Part shown: piece by piece, positions 18,616-29,532 of the stretch
How positions within the stretch are numbered: position 1 is the stretch's first letter
Layout of the letters: each line of letters begins with the position of its first letter
NCBI GenBank assembly: GCA_963719515.1
Contig: CAVRCJ010000011.1
Coordinates: 32,001-96,000, forward strand
DNA from: an uncultured cyanobacterium
Lineage (GTDB): Bacteria > Cyanobacteriota > Cyanobacteriia > CAKZMO01
Reading direction: 5' to 3'
DNA: 64,000 bases
The notes under the pieces: model-generated
What the model saw: the letters and a program-made list of their open reading frames with translations, nothing else
The model's database searches: none
What the model was told of the DNA's origin: nothing
Program-made: the position numbers and the translations under genes

Positions 18616-20088
18616 TCAGGGCGAACTGGGCACGATATCCACTGTCAAGTTATCAAACGATATGGTCTCTATACCCTGGCTGTCCTGCCCGATATAGCCC
18701 TGAGCAGCGCCAGCCTTCGTCATGGTTACCGCATATTGCACCGGGCTAGATTCAAAGCTCAGCCCTATCCCCGCCGTTGCCTGGCTCTTAAACAGGTCAA
18801 CTGCCGTGTCCGTAAATGCGCGTGGGTCGGTCCAGTCGCCCGTGTCAGGATCTTTCCAGCTAAATACATTGTCGGTGGAAGGCGTCGTTGCTTCTGTCCC
18901 AGTGAAAGCCGTCTTGTGCCTGAACCTTGCCTGCTGAGTCAATGGGTCATAGACGTCGCCTTCGGTGAGATACGTCGTGTTGACCCCAGTCACCTCCCAG
19001 GCGTCTCCGCTATCGTCAACGATCGCGTCAGATAGGTCAGAAATAAAGACGCCACCTTCGCCCAGCACCTTCATTTTGACCTCAGGGGTATCCGCATCAG
19101 TCACAATCAATGCCGTATTTTCGTCGACCCCATAGGAGCGAGGCACACCAACTTCAGAGGCAAGGCGAATAATTCGCCCTTGACGCCCCCGCTCACTAAA
19201 GTGGGTGTCGAGCAAGCCGTAGTCAAACAGCCCCAGTCCGCCTAGGGGGTTGTAGTGCAGCTCTCGTACGAAGGGCGGTGACCCAACTAGGCTGATGGGT
19301 TCTTCGCTCAGAGCTTCATAGCTTTCCCCTTCCGTAATCATCGGCGATCGCGTCTGGCTAGTCGTTCCGGCGCTGGTACCAGCGACGATCGCTCCTTGGT
19401 TAAACCTACGGCGAAAGACTTTGAAGGGACGGGTCTTGGTACGCTCGCCGGTGTCTGGGTCTTCATTGAAGAAGGCTTCCGTGATTAACGACTGATCGCC
19501 ACCGCCAAAGATGAACGCATTGCGGCTGCGAATTTGCTTGAGCAGAGCTTTGTTGTTCTGCTTTCGCTCGTAGTTGTCGATGTGGTAGGGAATCCACTCA
19601 ACATCGATTTTGGCATTGGGAAAGCGATCCTTGAGGTAGAGATCGTAGAGGTCTTCAAAATCTTGCACATAGAGCTTACCGTTTTCACGCGCGCGCTTGC
19701 CGCTGGACGACGCTGTGGTGAAAATACCAATTTTGGCATTTTTCACTCCTCCAGCCCGCTTCAAAATGTCGAGGTAGATGGAAACGCCATAGGGGTCTTC
19801 TGTTTCTGGAAACTGCCATCCCCCTCCCACCATGATCAGCGTTTTTGAGGGGAGATCATCGGCGATTGGTTGGGGCGGTGTTGGATCAGGATCAAGATCG
19901 TTAGATGTTGTGACCCCAATAGCCTCTAAACCCCTAAGAACCGCTGACTTTATAACGCTAAGGGGGCTATCGTCCGAAGCTGGTTCATCGTTAGTCAGCG
20001 TATTTGGAAAAAGACCTGACAAGGCTAATAAACCATCGTCTAATAGAGAATCAGCGAATGGCTTCAGGCTGTGGATATCGAGAGGCAT
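18616..20088 (-). CDS. Cyanophycinase-like peptidase S51, long form
   Basis: GGGDQ, GTSAG, DTHFSERGRQGR, GVDENT; start placed at ATG 20088. Confidence 0.88.
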   Translation of the reverse strand: MPLDIHSLKPFADSLLDDGLLALSGLFPNTLTNDEPASDDSPLSVIKSAVLRGLEAIGVTTSNDLDPDPTPPQPIADDLPSKTLIMVGGGWQFPETEDPYGVSIYLDILKRAGGVKNAKIGIFTTASSSGKRARENGKLYVQDFEDLYDLYLKDRFPNAKIDVEWIPYHIDNYERKQNNKALLKQIRSRNAFIFGGGDQSLITEAFFNEDPDTGERTKTRPFKVFRRRFNQGAIVAGTSAGTTSQTRSPMITEGESYEALSEEPISLVGSPPFVRELHYNPLGGLGLFDYGLLDTHFSERGRQGRIIRLASEVGVPRSYGVDENTALIVTDADTPEVKMKVLGEGGVFISDLSDAIVDDSGDAWEVTGVNTTYLTEGDVYDPLTQQARFRHKTAFTGTEATTPSTDNVFSWKDPDTGDWTDPRAFTDTAVDLFKSQATAGIGLSFESSPVQYAVTMTKAGAAQGYIGQDSQGIETISFDNLTVDIVPSSP

Positions 20089-20340
20089 AAGCGTGTGGCC
20101 AAAATTAAGTGTGTGCGGAGTTTGCCCATAGCACCGCCTACCTACGGCGACTGACTTAGCTATGCGATCGCCAAGCAAGTATGGTTAGTGAGTGGCAAAG
20201 GAAGCAGAACCAGCAGGCATCATAGCCTGCGTCAGAATTAGTTTAGAGTTCAGCATGAACTCTAAATCGGAATGGCCTTGGTTCTTCACTGCTGCCGCCG
20301 AGGGACCTACTAGGCGCAGCGCGATCTGCCACTATCTGTT

Positions 20341-20367
20341 AAAAAAGGGAGCAGCTGCTCCCCTTTC
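20341..20367 (-). terminator. Terminator of the 47-aa ORF
   Basis: GGGAGCA-GC-TGCTCCC stem next to an A run (T run on minus strand). Confidence 0.7.
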
Positions 20368-20394
20368 AAGTCTTGGGCTTGTGAATAAAAGACG

Positions 20395-20538
20395 CTATCC
20401 GCGAGTGCGCTGGATGTGGTCCATCACCTGGCGCTTGCGCTCCGAGCTAGAGGCGTTCGCCGATCGCTTCACAAAATCTCCGGAACTACGGGCTAGATGC
20501 TCCATAATCCGCTTCTTACGGTCGTCTGAAGTTGCCAT
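20395..20538 (-). CDS. 47-aa small protein, possibly Norf1-like; not in ORF track
   Basis: MATSDDRKKRIMEHLARSSGDFVKRSANASSSERKRQVMDHIQRTRG; internal duplication RKxx(I/V)M(D/E)H; own terminator. Confidence 0.75.
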   Translation of the reverse strand: MATSDDRKKRIMEHLARSSGDFVKRSANASSSERKRQVMDHIQRTRG

Positions 20539-20712
20539 AAAAGTCGCTGAAAGACTGCCTTGACGTCAATTTAAAGGGCGTACACTTTGAGGAAGTATAG
20601 GCTTCCTCATCAGAGCACTGAAGTGGACCCAGTCCTTTGGACAACTTCGAGGGATCTCTAAGCTCTGAAAAGATGAGATCGCTATATCCTCTTCAAGCAT
20701 TCTAGAGAAGCT

Positions 20713-21522
20713 TCACTCTTCCCAGTAGACCTCCTCTGGAGTGAGGTAGCCTAACGCTTGATGCGGTCGCTCCCGATTGTACCAGTCAAACCATCTTGTG
20801 ACCTCCTGATTTAAGTGATGTCCATCCTCAAACGCCTTCAAGTAGATCAGCTCGTACTTGATAGAACGCCACAGCCGCTCAATGAAGATGTTGTCGTGGC
20901 AGCGACCCCGTCCATCCATGCTGATGGCAATCCCTGCTGCTGTAAGGCGCTCAGTGAATTGGTTTGAAGTAAACTGACTCCCCTGGTCCGAATTAAAGAT
21001 GTCAGGGGTAGCGTAGCGGGCAATGGCTTCCTCAAGCGCCTCTAGACAAAAGCCCACCTCAAGGGTGTTGGAGATGCGCCAGCTGAGCACTTTGCGGCTA
21101 TACCAGTCCATCACAGCGACCAGGTAGAAATGCCCCTTGAGCACCGGCAGGTAGGTGATGTCAGTGCACCAAACCTGATTTGCTTTGGCAACTTCCAGTC
21201 CCCGCAACAGGTAGGGATACACCCGGTGCTCCGGGTTCGCCCTGCTGAGTCTGGGCTTGGGGTAGATGGCCTCGATGCCTAGCTGCCGCATCAACCGCTG
21301 CACCCGCTTGCGGCCCACTGGGTAGCCCTTCTGCCGCAGCACGACCGCCATCCGCCTTGCCCCGTAGAATGGCGTCTCCATGTACTGCTTATCCAAGAGC
21401 AGCAGCAGCGTCAACTCCTCTTCTTGCGGCGCTTGTGGCTGATAGTAGTAGCTAGAGCGAGCAACCCTGAGCAGTTCGCACTGCCGGGCGATACTTAGCT
21501 GTGGGTGCTCTGCTACGACCAT
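20713..21522 (-). CDS. IS3 transposase OrfB (DDE)
   Basis: WCTDITY, NSDQGSQF, DNIFIERLWRSIKYE. Confidence 0.95.
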   Translation of the reverse strand: MVVAEHPQLSIARQCELLRVARSSYYYQPQAPQEEELTLLLLLDKQYMETPFYGARRMAVVLRQKGYPVGRKRVQRLMRQLGIEAIYPKPRLSRANPEHRVYPYLLRGLEVAKANQVWCTDITYLPVLKGHFYLVAVMDWYSRKVLSWRISNTLEVGFCLEALEEAIARYATPDIFNSDQGSQFTSNQFTERLTAAGIAISMDGRGRCHDNIFIERLWRSIKYELIYLKAFEDGHHLNQEVTRWFDWYNRERPHQALGYLTPEEVYWEE

Positions 21523-21833
21523 GGATTTTCGCTCCGCAGGCCCAGCTCTTTGGACTTGCTCGCTAAAAAATCTCGCTCTACCTTCAGCTGCCCTATCTGC
21601 CGGTACAGCTCGTCAATCTGCGCCTGGGCCGTGGCATCAGCTTTCGATGCCGCGCTGCCCTTCTCGAACAGACTGCTTGCTCCTTCCAATAGGCGTCGCT
21701 TCCAGCCGTTGATCACCGTCGGATGCAGCTGATGCTGACTCGCTAGCTCGGCGATCGTCTTCTCAGCCCGATTGGCATCGAGTGCCACTTTGGCCTTGAA
21801 CTGCGCGCTGTATTGTTTTCGTTTGTTGCCCAT
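21513..21833 (-). CDS. IS3 transposase OrfA (HTH)
   Basis: RKQYSAQFKAKVAL, LYRQIGQLKVERDFL; overlaps orfB in the -1 frame. Confidence 0.95.
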   Translation of the reverse strand: MGNKRKQYSAQFKAKVALDANRAEKTIAELASQHQLHPTVINGWKRRLLEGASSLFEKGSAASKADATAQAQIDELYRQIGQLKVERDFLASKSKELGLRSENPWS

Positions 21834-22008
21834 GAACTACTCCTATCATTTGTTGAGTGGTTCAGAGCTTAGCCCCCTGTCCAGTTTTCCGGGTCCATTA
21901 CACACATCCAATTGTAACGCTGACTTTACACAAAACGTATTCACCCCTAGAGGCAATTATGACGGGGGTCATGGCTATATCTCACCGCCATCACGCATTA
22001 TGGGCGCA

Positions 22009-22341
22009 ATGAGTGTGTACATTGATATTGATGACGCCCTGCAGCGGCTTCGACAGCAGCATATAGACATTGTGCTTCTCGACTGGAACGATGGTGGCGA
22101 TCGCAGTTTGGCATTGTGCGAGCAGATTCGGCTGGTGAGCAGCACGTATCTGACTCTGACGACTGTTATTCCAAAGCAAGAGACCAGCTATTACCGAATT
22201 AGAGCTTTGGATGCGGGGGCTGATGTTCGCTACCTGCGCCTGAAGCTTGAGGCCCACAACCCTGAGCGGCTAATCCACACCGTGCGCTATGTCGGCTATG
22301 TCTTACAGAAAGTAAACGACGGTCAATCTAGAACAGTCTAG
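22009..22341 (+). pseudogene. OmpR-family response regulator with internal deletion
   Basis: Receiver DIVLLDW...LDAGAD fused directly to the winged-helix end VRYLRLKLE..LIHTVRYVGY. Confidence 0.7.
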
Positions 22342-22583
22342 AGCCCTGTAATTTGGCGCTTAGTCCGCCGAATTGCGCCGTCTTTCTGAAGACGAAACAA
22401 AGTCCGATAAAAGGCTTCGGGACTAATATCGAGTTCCTCTGCCACAGTCTTGAGAGGTTGCTCAGACGTAATAGTCTGTTCGCTACCCGGCTGTCCAAGG
22501 CTATCTTGCCTATTGGCTTGAGATTCAGCGATTTGCTCCCGCAGATACTCTAGAACGCGCTCTCGCACAGAGCGAATAGTCAA
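22338..22583 (-). pseudogene. Crp-type HTH-only remnant
   Basis: IRSVRERVLEYL, LKTVAEELDISPEAFYRTL; cNMP domain absent. Confidence 0.6.
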
Positions 22584-22718
22584 TAGGGTACCGGTTAACG
22601 TTGCTCTAAACGAGCCTGACTGAGGTCATCTTCGGTAACCCGGTTGAGCAGAGGGTGACTGCTCCCTGAGAAACCCTTAAGAAACGAATTAGCGATCGAA
22701 GAGTTCTCTGAATATTGT

Positions 22719-22782
22719 ATTGGTTCAGCTGCTTAGGGCATCAGAATTGACTGAGAGCCTGACGTTGCGTAGGCAACTGAAC
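22719..22782 (-). repeat. ~65-bp dispersed IR-bounded repeat, copy 2
   Basis: Reverse complement aligns with 3722-3786. Confidence 0.75.
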
Positions 22783-22898
22783 ACACAAACTCAGCTCAGC
22801 TGATCGAGGTCAACTGAGCTGAGCGGTGAGCGATGTTATTGGGCTGAACGCGCTGCAGGCCCCTGCCCACTATGACGTTGGCCTACAGCGCACCAAAG

Positions 22899-23732
22899 CT
22901 ATTTTGAAGACGGCTTGTCGTTGAGCAAGTTAGACACGGATACCCACAGCTCCTGCAGACGCTGCTTAATCTGCCGCTCCCGCTGGGCGGCGGCGCGGCC
23001 TGCGTCACTCATCTTTTGCTCGACGTCAGCCTGCTGCTGAGCAATGTAGTCGTTCGCCCGAATGCTATCTGCGCGCGAGGCGTGGTCAATCTCGACTTTT
23101 GTGCCCTGCTGGTAAGCCCGGTCGTACCATGCCTTGGCCTTATCCAAGTAGCGCTTGATGTTTTCATACCGCATACCCTCTTCTCCGCTCCCTTCCGCGT
23201 CTAGGTTTGCCCGCAAAATTTCTAGCTGGGCCCGCAGTTGGGCGTACCGCTTACGCAATAGGGATGCCTCTGGGCTGTTGCGCACCGCATCGACGGCCTG
23301 GGTGACGGCGCTGTTGATGTCAGAGGGGTCCTGCTGTGCCGTTTCGTGAATGTCGGCGAGGACAATATCCACATCTTCCTGCATCTGAGATTCTTCAGCA
23401 TCAATCTTTGACTGCAGCTCGTCGACCTGCCCCTCGATTTGGGCGATCGCCGCCCGCCGAGCGTCGCTTACCCCTTCCACTGCACCTTCGATAGACGCTT
23501 GAATCTCGTCCTTCGCGTCGACGCCCTGGTCCCTCACCGTCTCAACCACGGTGCCGACAGCGTCTTTGACGAGCAGCCGTAGCTCTCCGGTGCCTTCTTT
23601 CAGTTCGCCAACGGCCTGAGAGACCGCCTCGCGTAGAATATCTCGAATACGCTCTGAGCGCAGCTTGCCTTCTGTCTTAGCCTTGTCCAAATCCGCCTGA
23701 ATGCGGGCCTTCATGTCTGTGTTGTCTGCCAT
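22899..23732 (-). CDS. Conserved hypothetical helical/coiled-coil protein
   Basis: Long ORF with AGGAA RBS; helical composition. Confidence 0.8.
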   Translation of the reverse strand: MADNTDMKARIQADLDKAKTEGKLRSERIRDILREAVSQAVGELKEGTGELRLLVKDAVGTVVETVRDQGVDAKDEIQASIEGAVEGVSDARRAAIAQIEGQVDELQSKIDAEESQMQEDVDIVLADIHETAQQDPSDINSAVTQAVDAVRNSPEASLLRKRYAQLRAQLEILRANLDAEGSGEEGMRYENIKRYLDKAKAWYDRAYQQGTKVEIDHASRADSIRANDYIAQQQADVEQKMSDAGRAAAQRERQIKQRLQELWVSVSNLLNDKPSSK

Positions 23733-24071
23733 GGTGGTGTTCCTAATCGCCTAATTGTTGCTGAGTATTACGGATAGTGCCGCCGCCCATAGCGCCAAAC
23801 GCGACTCGATACCGCGCGATAGCGGAGACCGACATTTGTAGCTCAAAGAATATGCTGTTTCTCCTGAGGTCGTCATGCCTCTAAAGGAGAAACTATTGCA
23901 GAGCCGTCGGGCAATTTTGTCCGGCAGGGCTACCTGTAATCGAACATAGCTAGATCGTAGATCAACCGCACAAAAATCGGGTTCAAGTCGCGTACGGTTT
24001 ACCGGCAAAGAGACTTGAACCCAAGTGATTTATTTGATGATTATGAACGGCTATTGCTAATAGGCAACAGC

Positions 24072-24260
24072 TTAAATTTTGTCAATATTGCGCTTAAGCG
24101 TATCTTTGACGTTCTCTACAGCATGCTGGCCTTCAGCCTGAGCCTGCTTGGCGCGGCCTTCAGCCTTATCTTTCGCATTGCCAGTAACTTCGCCCGCCAT
24201 TTCTTGAGCTTTACCCTCAATATTTTTGGCGGTTGCCTCAACGCGATCTTCAATACCCAT
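24072..24260 (-). CDS. CsbD family stress protein
   Basis: KNIEGKAQEMAGEVTG...EGRAKQ. Confidence 0.9.
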   Translation of the reverse strand: MGIEDRVEATAKNIEGKAQEMAGEVTGNAKDKAEGRAKQAQAEGQHAVENVKDTLKRNIDKI

Positions 24261-24600
24261 GGGGTTTTCCTCCCAGTAATTACTCAGTGTCTGTCAGCGG
24301 CATTGGCCAGTAACTAGCCTAAGAACCATCGCCGGTACGGAGTTTTTTAACCCCGTCGATGCAGCTGAGACTCTAAATATAGCAATGGCGTTCTACCGCA
24401 TCTTACAAATAGCAAAATGACGCTGTTTTTTTCATCGTTCTAGGGATGGAGTTTTACTGAGCGCGTCCCACAAGTACGAGATAGAATCCGCGCTAAGGGC
24501 GGCAATGCCGATACACCAAGGCGTGAACACCGATCCTAAGGCGTGCCCTTTAACTCATAAAATTTGAGTAGCGACAAAAGACAAAGACGATAGAATTCAC

Positions 24601-27222
24601 ATGCAGCCGACAAATCCTAACCAGTTCACGGAAAAAGCGTGGGAAGCGATCGCTCGGGTTCCTGATATGGCGAAACAGGCCCAGCAGCAGCAGATCGAAA
24701 CAGAGCACCTGATGCGATCGCTGCTGGAACAAGAGGGATTGGCCACCAGCGTATTTAATAAAGCCGACGTGCCCGTACAGAAGCTGCGGGACTTCACCGA
24801 GCAGTTCATCGCGGGCAAGCCCAAGGTCTCCGGAGCCTCTTCATCGGTGTACCTCGGGCGATCGCTTGATCAGCTCTTGGACCAGGCGGAAACCTACCGC
24901 AAGTCCTACGACGACGACTATATTTCTATTGAGCACTTACTATTGGGCTACGCCAAAGACGACCACTTTGGCAAGGCGCTGTTCAAAGAGTTCAACCTCA
25001 GTGAGAGGAAGCTCAAGGACGTGATTGACCAAATCCGAGGGAATCAGAAGGTGACGGACCAAAACCCAGAAGGCAAGTACGAAGCGCTGACCAAATATGG
25101 TCGCGACCTCACCCAGTCGGCTCGGGAGGGCAAATTGGACCCGGTGATTGGCCGGGACGATGAGATTCGGCGCACGGTGCAGATTTTGTCTCGCCGCACG
25201 AAGAACAACCCGGTGCTGATCGGTGAGCCCGGCGTGGGTAAGACCGCGATCGCCGAGGGTTTGGCCCAGCGGATCATCAACGGCGACGTGCCGGAGTCCT
25301 TGAAGGACCGCAAGCTGATCGCCCTAGATATGGGGGCGCTGATTGCCGGGGCGAAGTATCGGGGGGAGTTTGAGGAGCGGCTGAAGGCGGTGCTTAAAGA
25401 GGTCACCGACTCCGAAGGCCACATCATTCTGTTCATCGATGAAATTCACACCGTCGTCGGCGCGGGGGCCACCCAGGGAGCCATGGACGCGGGCAACTTG
25501 CTGAAGCCCATGCTGGCGCGGGGCGAGCTACGCTGCATCGGCGCGACAACGCTGGATGAGTACCGCAAGTACATCGAAAAAGACGCCGCCCTAGAGCGCC
25601 GCTTCCAGCAGGTATACATCGACCAGCCTACCATCGAAGATACGATTTCTATTCTGCGGGGGCTGAAGGACCGCTACGAGACCCACCACAACGTGCGCAT
25701 CTCGGACAATGCCCTGATTGCCGCCGCCACGCTCTCGACGCGGTACATCAGCGATCGCTTCTTGCCCGACAAGGCCATCGACCTAGTGGACGAAGCCGCC
25801 GCTAAGCTGAAAATGGAGATCACCTCCAACCCCGAAGAGCTAGACGAGGTCAGCCGCCGCATCCTGCAGATGGAAATGGAGCTGCGATCGCTGCAGCAGG
25901 AAACCGACGCCGGCTCCCTGGAGCGGCGGGAGCGCCTAGAGCGGGATTTGGCCAACAGCAAAGAGGAGCAGGCGGGCCTCAAAGCCCAGTGGCAGGCGGA
26001 AAAAGACATTCTGCAGCACCGCAGCGACCTGAAGCAGCAAATTGACCACATCGTCAATGTGGAGATTCCCGAGGCGGAGCGCAACTACGACCTTAATAAG
26101 GCGGCAGAGCTGCGCTACGGCAAGTTGACCGACCTGCAGCGCCAGCTGGAAGAAACTGAGTCAAAGCTGATGGACGTGCAGGGCACGGGATCGACACTGC
26201 TGCGGGAAGAGGTGACCGAATCGGACATTGCCGAAATCATCTCCAAGTGGACCGGTATCCCGGTGAGCAAGCTCGTCGAATCTGAGATGCAGAAGCTGCT
26301 GCAGCTGGAAGGTGTGCTGCACGAGCGGGTGATTGGCCAGGAAGAGGCGGTGACGGCAGTATCGGACGCCATTCAGCGATCGCGTGCGGGACTCTCGGAC
26401 CCCAACCGCCCCATTGCCAGCTTCATCTTCCTTGGCCCCACGGGCGTGGGTAAAACCGAGCTGGCCAAAGCCCTGGCGAGCTACATGTTCGACACGGAAG
26501 AGGCCATGGTGCGCATCGACATGTCGGAGTACATGGAGAAGCACTCGGTGTCTCGCCTGGTGGGAGCGCCTCCGGGATACGTGGGCTACGACGAGGGCGG
26601 CCAGCTCACCGAGGCCATTCGCCGCCGTCCCTACTCCGTGGTGCTGTTCGACGAAATCGAGAAGGCCCACCCGGATGTGTTCAACATCATGCTGCAAATT
26701 TTGGATGATGGTCGGGTGACCGACTCCCAGGGCCGCACGGTGGACTTCAAGAACAGCGTCATCATCATGACCAGCAACATTGGGTCGCAGTATATTCTGG
26801 ACCTGGCTGGCGACGATGCGCAGTATGACGAGATGCGCAGCCGGGTGATGGCGTCGATGCGCGACAGCTTCCGCCCTGAGTTCTTGAACCGCATCGATGA
26901 GATCATCATCTTCCACAGCCTGAAGAAAGAGCAGCTGCGGGAAATCGTCAGGCTGCAGGTGCAACTGCTGGCGCTCCGGCTGGAGGACCGGAAGATGACT
27001 CTGAAGCTGGACGATTCGGCGCTGACGTTTTTGGCGGAGGTGGGCTACGACCCGGTGTATGGGGCGAGGCCGCTGAAGCGGGCCATTCAGCGGGAGCTGG
27101 AGACGGCGATCGCGAAGTCCATTTTGCGGGGGGATTTCCGTGAGGGGGACACCATCTTTGTGGAGGTGGAGAATGAGCGGCTGGCGTTTAAGCGATTGCC
27201 GGCTGAGGTGGCGACGGTATAG
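24601..27222 (+). CDS. clpB: ATP-dependent chaperone ClpB
   Basis: Two AAA+ modules ([16 protein letters not shown]), coiled-coil M domain, GARPLKR. Confidence 0.98.
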   Translation: MQPTNPNQFTEKAWEAIARVPDMAKQAQQQQIETEHLMRSLLEQEGLATSVFNKADVPVQKLRDFTEQFIAGKPKVSGASSSVYLGRSLDQLLDQAETYRKSYDDDYISIEHLLLGYAKDDHFGKALFKEFNLSERKLKDVIDQIRGNQKVTDQNPEGKYEALTKYGRDLTQSAREGKLDPVIGRDDEIRRTVQILSRRTKNNPVLIGEPGVGKTAIAEGLAQRIINGDVPESLKDRKLIALDMGALIAGAKYRGEFEERLKAVLKEVTDSEGHIILFIDEIHTVVGAGATQGAMDAGNLLKPMLARGELRCIGATTLDEYRKYIEKDAALERRFQQVYIDQPTIEDTISILRGLKDRYETHHNVRISDNALIAAATLSTRYISDRFLPDKAIDLVDEAAAKLKMEITSNPEELDEVSRRILQMEMELRSLQQETDAGSLERRERLERDLANSKEEQAGLKAQWQAEKDILQHRSDLKQQIDHIVNVEIPEAERNYDLNKAAELRYGKLTDLQRQLEETESKLMDVQGTGSTLLREEVTESDIAEIISKWTGIPVSKLVESEMQKLLQLEGVLHERVIGQEEAVTAVSDAIQRSRAGLSDPNRPIASFIFLGPTGVGKTELAKALASYMFDTEEAMVRIDMSEYMEKHSVSRLVGAPPGYVGYDEGGQLTEAIRRRPYSVVLFDEIEKAHPDVFNIMLQILDDGRVTDSQGRTVDFKNSVIIMTSNIGSQYILDLAGDDAQYDEMRSRVMASMRDSFRPEFLNRIDEIIIFHSLKKEQLREIVRLQVQLLALRLEDRKMTLKLDDSALTFLAEVGYDPVYGARPLKRAIQRELETAIAKSILRGDFREGDTIFVEVENERLAFKRLPAEVATV

Positions 27223-27229
27223 GTAGTTT

Positions 27230-27263
27230 AGAGCCCCGGGATTTTCGAAAATCCCGGGGCTCT
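27230..27263. terminator. Hairpin after clpB (repeated at 28188-28221)
   Basis: AGAGCCCCGGGATTTTCGAAAATCCCGGGGCTCT perfect palindrome. Confidence 0.85.
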
Positions 27264-27281
27264 GGGTTTTGGGTGCGATCG

Positions 27282-27872
27282 CTATAGCGCTGCCCGAAAC
27301 TGCTTTGCCGCTTCGAGCCGAGAGGTTTCAGCGACCAAAACACATCGGGCCAGTACTGAGATGTCTAGCGTCTTCAGCTCTGAAATTTCGCTGCGGTCGA
27401 TGGTTTTGTAGCCGCTGTCCCGCAGGCGATAGAGGCTAAAGACACCGTCCTGCCAAAACCAAACCTCGGGCACACCCAAGGCTTGGTACCGCGTTAGCTT
27501 CTCTGGGCCACCGCTGGTCACAATGACTTCAATGACCAGATCGGGCGTCGGTTTTGAGGTGCCGAAGCAGTAGGATTCATCGGCTTGGACGGAGACCTCT
27601 CCTTCGCGCTCTTGGGTCATCGACCCGGTGGGCTCAAACTCGATGCCGTTCTCTAAACAAAATAGCCCAATCAAAAAGCCGATCAGGCGGCTAAGCATTT
27701 CGTGCTCCCGTCCGGGCATGAGAATTTCGATGGTGTTGTTGTGGTAAGCAAGCCGGATGCCAGGAGACTGGGTGAACCCCGAGCGGATTAGAGTGAATTG
27801 TTGCCAGGTGATGCCGGCGTAAACGATGCGCTGATCGGCGGGAGCTTGGCTAGTGGGTGGGGAGAGCGTCAT
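27282..27872 (-). CDS. Uma2 family endonuclease
   Basis: QADESYCF, PDLVIEV, YQALGVPEVWFW. Confidence 0.92.
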   Translation of the reverse strand: MTLSPPTSQAPADQRIVYAGITWQQFTLIRSGFTQSPGIRLAYHNNTIEILMPGREHEMLSRLIGFLIGLFCLENGIEFEPTGSMTQEREGEVSVQADESYCFGTSKPTPDLVIEVIVTSGGPEKLTRYQALGVPEVWFWQDGVFSLYRLRDSGYKTIDRSEISELKTLDISVLARCVLVAETSRLEAAKQFRAAL

Positions 27873-27943
27873 GGATAGATTTGAGTAAGTTGACGCGACG
27901 GAGAATGGGCGCGGTGGCGGGTGGATCTATCTTAGCGATTCGA

Positions 27944-28000
27944 AAGAAGGTCTTCCTAGTAGATCTCAAACGCCGGGAAGTCTGAAATCCCTTCGTAGGA
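27944..28000 (-). pseudogene. 57-bp remnant homologous to the 3' part of gene 29060-29302
   Basis: Aligns with ~29086-29142 (AGAAGGTC..TCTCAAACGC.GGGAAG..TGAAAT.CC....GTAGGA). Confidence 0.75.
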
Positions 28001-28177
28001 TACGGCCCGGTGTACGGGGTGCGGCCTTTGAAGCGGGCCATTCAGCGGGGGCTGGAGACGGCGATCGCGAAGTCCATTTTGCGAGGGGATTTCCGTGAGG
28101 GGGACACCATCTTTGTGGAGGTGGAGAATGAGCGGCTGGCGTTTAAGCGATTGCCGGCTGAGGTTGCGACGGTATAG
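27995..28177 (+). repeat. clpB 3'-end duplication, copy 2 (183 nt, followed by the same hairpin)
   Basis: Co-linear with 27040-27222, scattered substitutions. Confidence 0.95.
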
Positions 28178-28247
28178 GTGATTCTGCAGAGCCCCGGGAT
28201 TTTCAAAAATCCTGGGGCTCTGGCGTTTAGAGTAGTGGACGTGAAAT

Positions 28248-28640
28248 CTACAAGTTCATTCGCTGCCGCTCTGCAATCCGGTCCTTAGTGTTGAACTTCA
28301 GCAAGTGGGCTGTAGTACGTCCTTCGGGCGTTTTCCCAGTAATCTGAGATGCTTCTAGGGCGAAGTGGCTCTCCCAAGTTTGAGTTCGGGGATTGAATAG
28401 GTAGCTAAACGCTTCGGTCTTGGGATCGAACGAACCTAGATCGCTGCCTTTATGCCGGTTGCAGCGCCAGCAGGCATAGGCGAGATTTTCTAGCGTTGTC
28501 TTACCGCCGTGCTTGCGGGCAATCACATGATCAATCTCGTGAGGGTAGAAGCTGAGGCTATTGGGCAAGCGGCAGTATTCGCAGCGATGATCGGCGCGTT
28601 GTTCAATTTGCCGACGCAGCGCTTCAGAAATATAGCTCAC
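28248..28640 (-). CDS. HNH endonuclease (toxin-like)
   Basis: CEYC, EIDHVI, NLAYACWRCNRHKG. Confidence 0.9.
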   Translation of the reverse strand: MSYISEALRRQIEQRADHRCEYCRLPNSLSFYPHEIDHVIARKHGGKTTLENLAYACWRCNRHKGSDLGSFDPKTEAFSYLFNPRTQTWESHFALEASQITGKTPEGRTTAHLLKFNTKDRIAERQRMNL

Positions 28641-28990
28641 GATTCGCTAGCCGCTTCAAGGTAGGGCAGATTTCCCGTTTTGAGCAGGATGATCAGGTGC
28701 TCAATTTGCTCGTATTCGTCTAGCTCTTGGGACTCTTCTGGGGTGATTGTCTCTTCGACGCTGCGAGACATGAGATAGCCAAGACGATCCTGCATCTCTG
28801 GGGTGGGGCGAAATGAGGCGATTTGCTCGGGGGTGGGCTGGCTGACTAGGAAGTCTAGAATGTAGCGATAGGCTTGAGCAGAAAGGGCTGATGGCTGTAG
28901 GCAGCGGCGCAGCAGGTCGGGGAGCTGGTTTTGGATTGGGGCGAGGCGCTCCATTAGCTCGTCTGGAATTTCGATAGTTATTGTGGCCAT
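28637..28990 (-). CDS. Antitoxin-like partner of the HNH gene
   Basis: MATITIEIPDEL N-terminus; 4-nt overlap with HNH gene. Confidence 0.75.
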   Translation of the reverse strand: MATITIEIPDELMERLAPIQNQLPDLLRRCLQPSALSAQAYRYILDFLVSQPTPEQIASFRPTPEMQDRLGYLMSRSVEETITPEESQELDEYEQIEHLIILLKTGNLPYLEAASES

Positions 28991-29059
28991 TGTGCTTGTC
29001 TCCCTAGGGCGATCGCCAATTCTTCTCACTGATGACGCAAGTCTCGAGAAAATAGCGCA

Positions 29060-29302
29060 TCAAAATAGCTCCGATTCCTGAGGCGGGAGAAGGTCCTCCC
29101 GGTAGGTCTCAAACGCTGGGAAGTTTGAAATTCCTTTGTAGGACAAGATTATCTCTGGCCATGTGGATGCTGAATCGGAAGATGGCTGGGTTATCTGACG
29201 CAGTGCTTGGAGAATCAAAGTTTGTAGCGATGTATTGGTTTCTGCTGCTTGGCGAATTAGATTCTGTTCGAGATCTGGCGGTAGATTGATGGTGATTTGC
29301 AT
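29060..29302 (-). CDS. Small antitoxin-like hypothetical protein
   Basis: MQITINLPPDLEQNL RHH-like start. Confidence 0.7.
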   Translation of the reverse strand: MQITINLPPDLEQNLIRQAAETNTSLQTLILQALRQITQPSSDSASTWPEIILSYKGISNFPAFETYREDLLPPQESELF

Positions 29303-29310
29303 GGCTCGAA

Positions 29311-29532
29311 TTAAACCTCAAATAATGAGCGTGGTAGCTGTGATTGTCGGATAATCGATAGCAGCGTACCTGTTTTCAACTGCTTGTGATTGGGTACAGG
29401 GACTGTGATTGTAGTTTCATCCGTGCGTCTTTGCATGATGACATGGCTACCCCGCTGTCGAACTTGCAGAAATCCGTGCTTCTCCAATAGCTTGCAGACT
29501 TCTTTACCGGAGAAGGTTCTAAGCTTACCCAA
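29311..29532 (-). CDS. hicA: HicA family toxin
   Basis: GFLQVRQRGSH, VPNHKQLKTGTLLSI; TTG start. Confidence 0.92.
   Translation of the reverse strand: MGKLRTFSGKEVCKLLEKHGFLQVRQRGSHVIMQRRTDETTITVPVPNHKQLKTGTLLSIIRQSQLPRSLFEV

Larger units (their letters stand above)
20619..21902 (-). mobile_element. Complete IS3-family element (1284 bp)
   Basis: TG..CA ends, IRs TGAAGTGGACCC..TGGACA / TGTAATGGACCC..TGGACA; 3-bp TSD CAC. Confidence 0.95.

Noticed and set aside
21912..21929. NtcA-like boxes (also ~34895)
   Set aside because: GTA/TAC spacing is 10 or 6 nt, not the required 8.
25044..26964. Long antisense ORFs over clpB (and similar shadows over cobQ, ycf46 and nadA)
   Set aside because: Expected from GC-rich codon bias; no motifs or RBS.
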